A stretch of 35,993 nt of DNA from Octopus sinensis. Its lineage: Eukaryota. The notes under the pieces were generated by a model, which saw only the letters and a list, made by a program, of their open reading frames with translations, had not been told where the DNA came from and ran no database searches. Shown in pieces: positions 10,770 through 24,384 of this stretch; the stretch's first letter is position 1; every line of letters begins with the position of its first letter. The stretch covers positions 1-35,993 of the forward strand of contig NW_021828048.1 in NCBI RefSeq assembly GCF_006345805.1. Direction: 5' to 3'. The position numbers were made by a program, and so were the translations under genes.

Positions 10770-10960
10770 GGTTTCCATGGCGGGTATATACCCCACCTGG
10801 ACGGGCCGCCAGTCTGTCTCATAATAACTCACTTTTGCTTTCTGAACGAATTTGATACAAAGTGAAATGAAGTGTTTTGCTCAAGAGTACAACGTATCAC
10901 CCTATCCCGGAATCGAAACCACAACCTTACTATCCTGACTTCAATATATTAACTACATAG
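10770..10960 (-). mobile_element. SINE family D, decayed
   Basis: aatgaagtgttttgctcaagagtacaac..ggaatcgaaaccacaaccttac and ctggacgggccgccagtc are reverse complements of family D motifs. Confidence 0.6.
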
Positions 10961-11269
10961 CATGAAGTAGTTTGTAGATGTAGCTTGTTTGAAAATAAGA
11001 GGGGGTGGCCATGGCTGTTATGATTTGATCATAGTCTACTCGATCAAGGTTAAGTATGGTTTAACGAAGGTCAACAGGGAAATTTATCTTCTCTTAATCT
11101 CTGCATAACCGCTAGATGTCGCTGTAGAAAATGTCAACAGCTTCCACTGTTCGTGACACACAGACAGACAAGTCATAGATTTGTCTTTACTGAATAACTA
11201 ACATGATGCCTTTGGGAAGGAAAATGAAAGAGAGAAAACGAATGAGAGAGAGAAGAGAACAAAGAAAAT

Positions 11270-12042
<773 letters not shown>

Positions 12043-12409
12043 AATTGGAAGTCTATATGTGAGTGAATGAGAGACAGAAGCAGAGACAGCGGAGAGTGCG
12101 AGAGAAAGAGCGAGAGAGAAGAGTGGAAAAATGACTGGCAGGCAAATTTAAGGAAATTATCAGAGGAATTCAATGTTTGACTAGATTTCCAGAAGTGCAT
12201 CGAGCAATGAACGTAACAGGTTTGTTTGAAAGCACAAAGAAATGGAAGGAAATGACAAAAATCCTCTCACCGAATGCTACAGGTTACCAAAGCAAACGTA
12301 ACCTGTTGATCCTCTTCGGAATTTAATTTAATATTAATTTAATATCAGCGAGTGAAGATATTATCTGGCAAAGTGAAACAACCGTTTTTGGCAATGAACA
12401 CCAGCATTA

Positions 12410-12436
12410 TTGCTACTACTACTACTATTATTATTA

Positions 12437-12519
<83 letters not shown>

Positions 12520-12545
12520 TCTTATCATTATTATTATCATTTTTA

Positions 12546-12594
<49 letters not shown>

Positions 12595-12656
12595 GAATAT
12601 TATTATTATTATTATCATTATTATTATTACTATTATTATTATTATCATTATTTCTA

Positions 12657-12696
<40 letters not shown>

Positions 12697-12730
12697 GAAT
12701 GTTATTATTATCATTATTATTATTATTTTT

Positions 12731-12829
<99 letters not shown>

Positions 12830-12865
12830 GCTGCTATTGTTGTCTTGTTGTTGTTGCTGTTGTTG
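12410..12865. repeat. Degenerate (ATT)n/(CAT)n microsatellite, the tail/target of the adjacent LINE
   Basis: Read directly. Confidence 0.95.
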
Positions 12866-13733
12866 TTATTTTCATTAACATCTTTCAATTCTGTTTCCAT
12901 TTCTTGTCGAGTGTCTTCTTGACACCTAGGGCAGAGATACGTACTGTATAGACTGGTAGGTCATTGAAATAAAACACACCAGATTGTTCATTTTCAAAGC
13001 TATATAATAGAGAAAATGGGGAAGACAAAGGGGAAAAGGAAAAAAATACAAAAGTAAACACATAAAATAAAGCGGGGAAAAGAATAGAAAATTTAGTGAC
13101 AATGCTCTTCTCAATACGTGTGTCCTACCAGTTAAGACAATCTGCATGGATGGTAAATAATTTTCAGCCCCTTTTTTAATCATTCCAAGTGCTCCTGCAA
13201 TCACTGGTATTGTTACCATCTTCGGATGCCACATCTTTTCGATTTCGATTATGAAATCTTTATATTTTCTGAGCTTATCAATTTCTTTTGCCGAGATATT
13301 ATGGTCACAGGGTATGCTCAAGTCAATCAATAAATAAATTTTATTGTTTTGGTCTTTTTCAACAATATCTGGTTTATTTGTTTTGATGGTCTGGTCTGTA
13401 CATACTGGGAAGTTACAAAGAATAGTTACATTTTCTCCCTCACTTACAGCCTCAGCGTAGTGCTTCTACCATTTATCAACAGTTTTGATTTTATAATACC
13501 AATGCACTATCCAGTGTAGATACTGGCCAACTCTAACATGTCTTGAATCACACTCTACTGGTGGTACAAACCTTACATCTAGAGATTAGGCGGTCCACTG
13601 TTTCTATCCCATTGTTGCAATTGGGTCTACACCATTTTTCATTACATTCCTTTGATGGTTCCGGTCAATAAGCTGTGATCTTGGGCAGCCGAGATAAAGC
13701 TTTCATTCTCTGCCTCTATCGCTGAGCTCCGTA
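12866..13733 (-). mobile_element. 5'-truncated R4/Dong-like LINE, lineage B (decayed CCHC + REL + long 3'UTR)
   Basis: Minus strand, across frameshifts: IRSSAIEAENESFISAAQD..., RHVRVGQYLHW, IKTNKPDIVEKD, IDLSIPCDHNISAKEIDKLRKYKDFIIEIEKMW...GALGMIKK...LTGRTHVLRRALS. Confidence 0.8.
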
Positions 13734-13756
13734 TTATTATTATTATTATTATTATT

Positions 13757-14431
13757 CAGTAGTTTTATTTTTATAGCGTGCTTTCACTTCACTACCGAGC
13801 GCAGCTCTGTGTGCCTTGGGTATGTGCTGTGATTTGTTGTGATGCTCTGATGGTTATTGTATGGAAAGTGTTCTGCGTAGGATGTGTGCAGTGCCTAGTA
13901 GTGCAATTTTCTGTATGTTATATGTGTTTATAAGTCCTGGTGTTTTTGTTATGTATTTGTCTGAATATTTTTTTATCATGCCTAATGCACCTACTATGAT
14001 AGGAATGTTTCTGTTTTCAGGTTCCACATTCTAGTTACCTCTATTTCCAGGTCTTTGTATTTTGAGAGTTTCTCCATTTCTTTTAGAGACACGTTGTCAT
14101 CTGCCGGTATTGATACATCAATTAGAAAGCATTTTTTTCTTCATGATCTCTGACAACTATATCTGGTCTGTTGGCCTTAATTTCTCTATCTGTGTGTATC
14201 GGCATATCCCAGAGTATGGTTGCTTTCTCGTTTTCTGTGACCTTTTCTGGTGTGTGCCTATACCATCTTTTTTCTGCTGTTATTCCATAATGTTGGCATA
14301 GCTTCCAATGTATGTAGGTTCCAACTCTGTCATGTCTGTGAATATATTCCTTCTTAGCCAGGACTGGGCAGCTAGAGATAATATGATTTATTGTTTCTTG
14401 TCCATCTCCACATATTCTGCAGTTACTTGTA
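13757..14431 (-). mobile_element. 5'-truncated R4/Dong-like LINE, lineage A (CCHC + REL + 3'UTR), two 1-bp frameshifts
   Basis: CRICGDGQETINHIISSC (CX2CX8HX4C), RHDRVG, ANRPDIVVRD, then CFLIDVSIPADDNVSLKEMEKLSKYKDLE. AAT tail at 13732-13756. Same lineage as 3428-3794. Confidence 0.9.
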
Positions 14432-14493
14432 ATTATTATTATTATTATTATCATTATTATTATTATTATTACTATTATTATTATTATTATTAC

Positions 14494-14532
<39 letters not shown>

Positions 14533-14640
14533 TACTATTACTATTACTATTATTATTATTATTATTATTATTATTCATCATCATCATCATCATCATCATC
14601 GTCATTGTTGTTGTTGTTTTTGTTATTATTATTATTATTA

Positions 14641-14694
<54 letters not shown>

Positions 14695-14732
14695 CATCAT
14701 TAACATTATCATTATCGTTATCATTATCGTTA

Positions 14733-14778
<46 letters not shown>

Positions 14779-14786
14779 CATTATTA

Positions 14787-14822
<36 letters not shown>

Positions 14823-14850
14823 CATTATCATTATCTTATTATTATTATTA

Positions 14851-14893
<43 letters not shown>

Positions 14894-14928
14894 CATCATC
14901 ATTATTATTTTTTTATTATTTATTTATT
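14432..14928. repeat. Degenerate (ATT)n/(CAT)n microsatellite between two LINE fragments
   Basis: Read directly. Confidence 0.95.
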
Positions 14929-15840
14929 GCCTTTGCACAGCTCCTAACGCTTGAGATGTATTATGATGTTAACCGTTCACTACCAGTGAACTAAGTTAAC
15001 ACCCCTTATTTTTCGAGCACCATCCGAAATATTCGATCGGTTCCAAGCCCCTCACTTCTATCTGCTTATAAAGTTCTCCTGACTGTATCGCTACCCCGTC
15101 CATACTTTTGATTTTGCCTGCCTTCATGACTAACACACCACTATTTTTCATTCCGAACTCCATTCTGATATCAGCACTGACTCGGCACTCATCTTTGCTA
15201 TAAAGTTCGAGGTCACCCATGAATAACAAGTGGTTGACTTGTTGTTGGCGGGTTTTGAATACTTACCCTGCCTTTGCTCTCCGCAGAATCAACGGGGACA
15301 GGTAGTCCCCTTGGAAGATGCCCCTCCTGATTTCTATTGTCCCTAAACTTCTTCCATATGCTGCCAGTTCCGTCTTCTACTTCGCCATACTTTTTCCAAC
15401 AATCGCTCTACATTCGATGCAATACCAAATAAGTTCATGCATTCCATAATCCAAGAATATGGGATCATATCGTACGTCTTAGGATAGTCGATCCATGACA
15501 TGGCTAAGTTAGTTTTCTTCTTCTTGCAGTCTCTAAGTACAGTTTTGTCTAACAGGATTTGATCATTGGTACCTCTGCACTTACGCTTGCACCCCTTCTG
15601 CACGTGTGGCAGGACTCCAATTTTTTCCAGATGCCTTTTGCGTTTTTCAGTTCACAGCACTGTCCTTCCTATTGTCAACCGCTCTGGTATTACTTGGTCG
15701 GCATGCAACAAGGTGTTGCGTTGTGCAGCTATTCGTGCTTAACATTCACCAAATCTTTTGATCCAGTAGCATTGAACTCCATCTGGTCCCGGGGCCTTCC
15801 AGTTGCTCATTTTTTGCTGATTTCCTTCATTTTCCTAACA
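14929..15840 (-). mobile_element. Internally deleted R4/Dong-like LINE, lineage C (RT fragments joined to the extreme C-terminus and 3'UTR)
   Basis: Minus strand: [69 protein letters not shown] (FMDD-type), IRMEFG, then directly LGTDRIFRMVLEK* (stop at 15006-15008) and an AAT tail. Confidence 0.85.
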
Positions 15841-15896
15841 CTATTATTATTATTATTATTATTATTGTTGTTGTTGTTGTTGTTGTTGTTATATGA

Positions 15897-16041
15897 GGCG
15901 GTGAGCTGGCACAATCGTTAACACGCCGGACCAAATGCTTTGCGCATTTAGTCCGTCTTTACATCCTGAATGCAAAATCCGCCGAGGTCGACGTTGCCTT
16001 TCATCCTTTCGGGGTCAATAAATTAAATATTAGTTGCGTAC
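15897..16041 (+). mobile_element. SINE family A, diverged and 3'-truncated
   Basis: ggcggtgagctggcacaatcgttaac...ccgccgaggtcgacgttgcctttcatcctttcggggtc. Confidence 0.75.
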
Positions 16042-16819
16042 TTCTCCATAGTCAACCTGTCATTTTTAGCTGCAAAATCAGGTAAGAAAATTTCGACTTC
16101 TATGACAAAAAAAATATGTTAAATGAGCACCGGACTGTCCAAAATGGTAGTATTTGTGACTGTGGTCTTCCGAAGATAGCCCTTTGCGCATTTTAAACTT
16201 TCTGTAAAAGTAAGATAGGCCTTTATGTTTTTTAAGCTTTCTGCATTATAAGAAGCTTACCGTATTTCTCATTTCATTATATATGTGTAACAAAATGCAA
16301 CACTCTTCGTTAAATCAGATAGTTTTCGACCTCTACTAGCCCAGACCATGCTTAACTTAATAGAACAACTTGGAGAATTTTGTGCCGTCATGCTTTCAGA
16401 CATCGTAATCCACTCAAATAGGGAGTCTATCAATGTATTAGAGACGTATCCGTTATTTCTTGGAGGAATTTATCCATACACTGTTTATTTCCTGATTTAA
16501 TAATGAAAGTGTTGTATACAGTGCTCAGATGCACCACAACTTGTCAAAAGTGCGTATAAAGCATACGCAGTAATGTACAAATGTCTGGAAATTGAACAGT
16601 GTATGAGTCAGATACATGCTTGCGTGTGTATGGAGGGGAGGAAATCGGGTGCAGAGTTGGCGAATCTCAGGAAGCATGGAAGTTTTGAAGGATGCAGTGC
16701 TCTTTCAGGGCATGTCGATGTCGAAAATAAGATGTCTTGAAAGTTATTTAAATCATGTTGAAAAAAAGGTACAAGTGGCGTAGGGCTAAACGACAACAAA
16801 ATGAACACAGCATATAAAT

Positions 16820-17063
16820 GAGGCGCGTGGCTTAATGGATAAGGTGTCAGCATCATGATCGTAAGATTGTGGTTTCGATTCCTGGACCGGGTGACGCGCT
16901 GTGTTCTTGAGCCAAACACCTCATTTCACGTTGCTCCAGTCCACTCAGCTGGCAAAAATAAGTAACGCTGCGATGGACTGGCGTCCCGTCCAGCTTGGGA
17001 ACACATAGGCCATTGAAACTGGGAAACCGGGCTCATGAACCTGGCTAGGCTTTACAAGAGCGC
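16820..17063 (+). mobile_element. SINE family D (CORE-like), copy 1 of a tandem pair
   Basis: A-box-like tggcttaatgg, B-box-like ggtttcgattcc, body catttcacgttgctccagtccactcagctgg, gcgatggactggcgtcccgtccag, short T run at the 3' end. Confidence 0.85.
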
Positions 17064-17069
17064 TTTTTT

Positions 17070-17314
17070 GGAGGCATGTGGCTTAGTGGTTAGGGTGTCA
17101 GCACCATGATCGTAAGATTGTGGTTTCGATTCCTGGACCGGGCGACGCTTTGTGTTGTTGAGCAAAACACTTCATTTCACGTTGCTCCAGTCCACTCAGC
17201 TGGGGAAAATGAGTAACGCTGCGATGGACTGGCGTCCCGTCCAGCTGGGGAACACATACGCCAGCGAAACCGGAAAACCGGGCCCATGATCATGGCTAGG
17301 CTTTAAAAGGGCGC
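17070..17314 (+). mobile_element. SINE family D (CORE-like), copy 2 of a tandem pair
   Basis: Direct repeat of 16820-17063, separated only by TTTTTT. Confidence 0.85.
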
Positions 17315-17619
17315 ATTTATTTTTAAATATATAAATGATAGAATAAGACCGATTAATGCTTCAGTTACTTACCAAGCGACGCTAAAATCCGCTACCGCCA
17401 TTCCTTAAAATACAAGTCGTAGTCATGATATTCCTTTGTGAATTGTGTCTCAACTAAGAGAAGATTTGCAACTAAAGTCATTTATTAACTTCGGTGTTTC
17501 GTGTTATTAAAGAAATTATAAAATAGAACTGTAGCGGAATGGTCGAGATAAAGTGTTTAATAAGATTTTCAAAACTGATTTGGCGAGCAATTTGATTCAT
17601 TTCGACAACATCACGTGCT

Positions 17620-17671
17620 TGTGTATATATGTGTATGTATGTATGGACACGGACACACACACACATATACA

Positions 17672-17749
<78 letters not shown>

Positions 17750-18091
17750 CATATATATACATATATATACATATATATATATATAGCTAGTAATATTCAT
17801 ATATGTACATATATGCATATATATATACATAAAATATGCTACAGTGTATCTATATATACATGCATACACACACACACATATATATATGCACACATACATG
17901 CAGATATACACTTACACGCTCACACGCATGCGCACACGCGTATATTTGTAAGGCGTCTGCATATTAGCGTCTGTGTGTGCCTTTTGTCTCTATTCTGTGT
18001 GGGTGAAAGTGTACAAAAACAAACTGAGAATCTAAGCAAGTTAGGAACTAAGAAACGAACAAATTTATCACCAAGTCGGTAATAATCGCAC

Positions 18092-18133
<42 letters not shown>

Positions 18134-18144
18134 TGGTGGTGGTG

Positions 18145-18211
<67 letters not shown>

Positions 18212-18215
18212 AATT
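17620..18215. repeat. (CA)n/(TA)n block (17620-17945) and (AGT)n/(GGT)n tract (18092-18215)
   Basis: Read directly. Confidence 0.9.
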
Positions 18216-19286
18216 AGTAGAATTGATAATAATACTGACGAACATCTACGTACAGAGGCGAGTGTCACCTCTGGCACAATTTAGTAACACTCAGTAAATT
18301 GGATTCCCGCTTTGTATATTCTACACAATTTGTGTTGTGTATGTATGTAATTCCCCGCTTAGCAACGTTGGGTTTCTAAGTAAGTTGCTGGAACTGAATA
18401 TTGAAGACAATCATATTGCCATCTCTGTGTTACCTGAATGTCAGTTATTACATCTATAGAAATGATTACGGTACGAAATGCTGAGAAAGTGTCAACGCCG
18501 ATACGGTTTCGTATTTTTGTGACATCAGCTTTTTTCTTAAATTTTAATTTTTAATGACTGAAGCTTGAGAATTTACATAATGGTTAGAACGTCGGGTACA
18601 ATCTTTTGCGGTATTTCATGCATACCTCTGCCTTCTGAGTTCAAGTCCCGCAAAGTTTTCTTTTTTTTTTGCCTGATCAGTAAAATATCGGAGTTGATTT
18701 AATCAATTGATACTGTCTCCCCAAATTCAAGACCTGAATTACAAACAATCATGATAGTTTAAAATTCAGGTCTAAATTTAGATTCAGATTCGGTATTTTT
18801 TTCCGAATCTTTAAGTCCTGAGTTCAATTCCGCAGAGTTCAGCTTTCTCCTTTCGTCTTCTCCTGGTCGATAAGTACTAGCTAAGTAGAGGAGCCCATGA
18901 TGTCGTCTAACTGCCTCCCCTCAAAATGGCTTTTCTGGGCCCTATAATAGTACTCGATCTCAAACGTATCCTAGCTTTCTCTTTCAAGAGTGCACGACGT
19001 GATATCAAGTACCAAGCATGTGTCTTTTATGACTTGAGACTACATCTGGTATCGGAGCCCTGGTTCGAGAGTTCGCGGACTTTGGGGAACGTGGAATCAC
19101 CAATACTGTCCCCAGGTCTACTCTAACCTGTGATTCCTGTGATCATGAACAATCATCCCCACGCATGCGTAGAAGCTGTCGTATTCCGTATCATAACTAC
19201 CACGAGAGTAAAAAAGTCAATCTGATTTATTGATAAGAGGATTAAGAATAAAACACTTGTCCAATACATTGGGAGATAACATAATA

Positions 19287-19500
19287 GTTTCGAAATTTAG
19301 CACAAGGCCAGCAATTTTGAGGGGGGGAGATGAGTTGATTACATCGACCTCAGTGTGTCACTGGTACTTACTTTATCAACCTCGAAAGGGATGAAAGGCA
19401 AAGTCGACCACGGTGGAATTTCAACTCAGAAGGTAAAGACGGACAAAATGCTGCTAAACATTTGGTCCGGCATGCTCACACTTCTGCCAGCTCCCCGCCT
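19287..19500 (-). mobile_element. SINE family A old subfamily, full length with the alternative tail
   Basis: gtttcgaaatttagcacaaggccagcaattttgaggggg (tail, reverse complement) ... gatgaaaggcaaagtcgacc ... ctgccagctccccgcc (head, reverse complement). Confidence 0.75.
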
Positions 19501-19865
19501 TGTGTGGCGTATTAAATATTGGAAAGCATTTTCCACAGACTCTCTATCGATTGTGCCAAAGCACCAACTTAATACCAAATAATAAATTTAATGCCGTTAT
19601 TGAAACGCGGGTCAGCAGCCATCCAAGACATTCCATGCGTAAAATTGCGCCTCGTTTTCCTCTAAACGTCGATTCCGTTAATCTTATATTTTAAATTTCC
19701 CTAGATTCGTGGTGGAGAGGGTGGAGGAGGTGTGAAGGTAGGTTTGAGAGTGATTTTGTATTCCTTTCTTCTTTTCATACAGAAATTATATAATTTCGAA
19801 AAATGCAAGTTTATAAAATTTCACATTGGTTCCGCATTCATAATTTCATTCACACATGAAAGTTA

Positions 19866-19866
<1 letters not shown>

Positions 19867-19900
<34 letters not shown>

Positions 19901-20000
19901 ACTACTACTACTACTACTACTACTAGTAGTAGTAGTAGTAGTATAGTAGTAGTAGTAGTAGTAGTAGAAGTTGTAGTAGTAGTAATAGTAGTAGTAGTAG
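19867..20000. repeat. (ACT)n tract abutting an (AGT)n tract (palindromic microsatellite)
   Basis: Read directly; symmetry axis at 19924/19925. Confidence 0.9.
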
Positions 20001-20059
20001 CAACAGTTTCGGTAAATATAACTGTCTATAGAGAATCAAAGTTATATTTTTCTAAGTGT

Positions 20060-21275
<1,216 letters not shown>

Positions 21276-21641
21276 TGTTCATGAGTGAGAACGTGTGGGT
21301 GTAATAATATTAAGACTTTCGTTTTCCCAACTGTAATTTTTAAGTAATTTGTCATTACCAACATTAATTAAAAGCCAATGTAATTTCACAAAAATTAGTT
21401 TCTTTGTATTTTTTAGAATTATTTCTGCAGAGCATTCATGGTTCCTTGAACATAACATGATAATTTTACAAATTGCACATGCGCAAATGGTCACCCATTA
21501 TTCGTATATGTATATTGAAACTTGTATGTCTATGCACACATACGTTCGTGTTTGTGCATCGAAAGGGAAATTTAAGGAATGTCCGTATATATTTTTATTG
21601 ATATACGTTTAAATATATATATATGAAAGCAATCATAAGTG

Positions 21642-21685
<44 letters not shown>

Positions 21686-21754
21686 AGAGCAAGAGAAAGG
21701 AGAGAGATGTATGTGTGATGTATCTATAAGTATATATATGTATATATATGTATA

Positions 21755-21828
<74 letters not shown>

Positions 21829-22156
21829 GCACACACACACACACACACACACATATATTTAGTGCTTATTAGATTATACCTTTACATTTAATATTGTATA
21901 GCAAAGTTTTTATATTCTGAATATTTATATATATATATGTGTTTGTATGCGTGTGTATGTGAGTGTGAGTGTATCTGTGTGTATGTGTATCTGTGTGTAT
22001 TATCTGTTTCTATATACGCAAGCCATATTTCATATATTGAATTTATTGTTGATGAAGATTATAATAATGATAATAATAATATATTAGTATTCATATTTAT
22101 AATGATAATAATAACAATCGCAACAATAGGAACATTAATATTGATAAAAATAAGAC

Positions 22157-22168
22157 AGTAGTAGTAGT

Positions 22169-22221
<53 letters not shown>

Positions 22222-22230
22222 TAGTAGCAT

Positions 22231-22261
<31 letters not shown>

Positions 22262-22290
22262 CGTAGTAGTAGTAGTAGTAGTAGTAGTGA
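22157..22290. repeat. (AGT)n microsatellite
   Basis: Read directly. Confidence 0.95.
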
Positions 22291-22399
22291 AATCGGAGAA
22301 ATTTTTAGTGATATCTTACACAAAGAATGTGAAATATCAGGAATGATAAGGAGGATTTTGATGTATATACAGAAAAAAAAACAATATCACCGAAACTAA

Positions 22400-22750
22400 T
22401 AATGGGGATATATGCAGGGATAAACTTATGGAAATTCCTTAAGGGCTGTCTCCAGACATTGCTTCGGGTGTTGTGTCTTACGTCGAACAGAACGTTACTC
22501 CACTGTTTCAGATGTCCCACCTATCCCGCGTAGTGTAAGGACCAGGTACGGTAGGAGCTTGGGTTTCAAAGGCCCACAGTTATGTAATATCTTGTCAAAT
22601 AACTTGAGAGATCTGCATAGAATTGTAGATCTCTCTTCTACAACTTTACCGTCTGTCGTCCAATATTCAAGATCAGCCTACATCAAGGCAAGAAACACGA
22701 ACGAAGCAGCAATATCAATCTCGTTCCTTTGCCGAAAACCAACCATGTGA
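22400..22750 (+). mobile_element. Decayed 3' fragment of a CR1-like LINE
   Basis: Across frames: IYAGINLWKFLKG (IY.WK...G), RTRYGRSLGFKGPQLCNILSNNLRDLH (G..L.N.LP..LR) and QPTSRQET; these resemble the CR1-clade post-RT tail. Confidence 0.6.
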
Positions 22751-22840
22751 GAACGGCTGGCCATTGAGAAGTTGATGAACGTGAAGATGTTGACATTACC
22801 CCAGCATACCCATAGACTCTGGCCGGCAAAACATATATAA

Positions 22841-23125
<285 letters not shown>

Positions 23126-23126
23126 A

Positions 23127-23321
23127 TTTGTCCTCCCAACATCGCTTGACAATCGATGGTGGAGTGTTTACGTCCCTGTAACTTAGCGGTTCTGCAAAAG
23201 AGACCGATAGAATAAGTACTAAGCTTCCAAAGAATAAGTCCAGTCCTGAGGTCGATTTGCTCGACTAAAGGCGGTGCTCCAGCATGGCCGCAGTCAAATA
23301 ACTGAAACAAGTAAAAGAGTA
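23127..23321 (+). mobile_element. SINE family B, 3' half
   Basis: catcgcttgacaatcgatg...gagaccgatagaataagtact...aaaggcggtgctccagcatggccgcagtc...aagtaaaagagta matches 32400-32587. Confidence 0.85.
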
Positions 23322-23339
23322 TAGATAGATTAAAGAGTA

Positions 23340-24250
23340 TACTAGAATGGAAAATGGCGGCGCAGAATCCTAGTATAATATTAAGTGTTGAACCAGGAGA
23401 ACTACAGAATTAAGCAGTAATTAAGCCCGGTGAAGTACTGGACAAGAAGAAGAAAGAAATCTTAAAATATTGCTCCTGAAATTAAAATTTAAAAATTAAA
23501 TAGCAATAGATGCCCTTTTCTATTTGTGTTTTTACTTAAAAGTTTAAATTCAAATACTCAAGGAGCTATTTATTTTCAGTTTTAGTGAAAAGATTAATTG
23601 CCTGTAAGTTTACGCATTAAAAATTTGTTATTATAAATTTGTATATTGAAATGTCACTTAATAACAATTTAAGTAAAATTCACAATTATAACCCCTAAGT
23701 TTTTTTCTTTGCATTCAATTTATTAATTAGCTTTCATTTTTTCTTAAATATTTTTTCAACTCTTAATATAAAATATTTTGTTATCTGATAATGCAAACTT
23801 AAAGAGATTCTCTTTTTTCTTTAAACTCCATTTTTTTAAACTTTATTTTACTCATTTCAGTTGCATGTATTCTACATGAATTTATTTTTATAACACAATA
23901 TCTGTGATTTATAATTTTTGTATAATGAGTTTTATTAAGAAAAATATTATACAATATAATAATATTAAGTCAGAATTGTTTTAGCTTAATACAAAGAAAT
24001 TTTTTAATCAAAAATATTAACTTAAATTAAAAAAAAGAAACCATAAAATATTAGAACAAACCTGTTAACACGCTATTTCATGAAAAATATCAGAAAATTA
24101 TCTAAGAAATTCTAACTTCAATAACAATATTTTAATTTAATCTGCTTGTCATCTACATTACAAGGCTTAATCACTGCTTGTTCTGTACTTTTCTTGGTTC
24201 AATACTTAAGAATATTCAAATATTCTGCGCCCGCATTTTTCCTTCTAGTA
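23340..24250. mobile_element. ~910-bp AT-rich fold-back / MITE-like element with long diverged TIRs, TA at both ends
   Basis: tactagaatggaaaatggcggcgcagaat..ttaagtgttgaaccagg..tacagaa..aagcagtaattaagcc (from 23340) versus the reverse complement of 24130-24250, tactagaaggaaaaatgcgggcgcagaat..ttaagtattgaaccaag..tacagaacaagcagtgattaagcc. Confidence 0.75.
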
Positions 24251-24384
24251 CATTTCCCCACCCCCACCGCACCCCAGGTAACGCGCCTGTTATTGTATTT
24301 ACCTTTATCATTGAAAAAATTATACGACTGGAAATAGTTTTTAAATACAGGTTTTGTTCAAACTTCTAAATTTTGTTTACATAT

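Noticed and set aside
16510-16800. Possible LINE 3' end on the minus strand with an ATT-like tail
   Set aside because: It looks like a repeat from memory, but there is no second copy in the window and no convincing protein motif.
23356-23480. Kozak-like ATGGCG start giving MAAQNPSIILSVEPGELQN
   Set aside because: It stops after 19 codons and lies within the left arm of the fold-back element.
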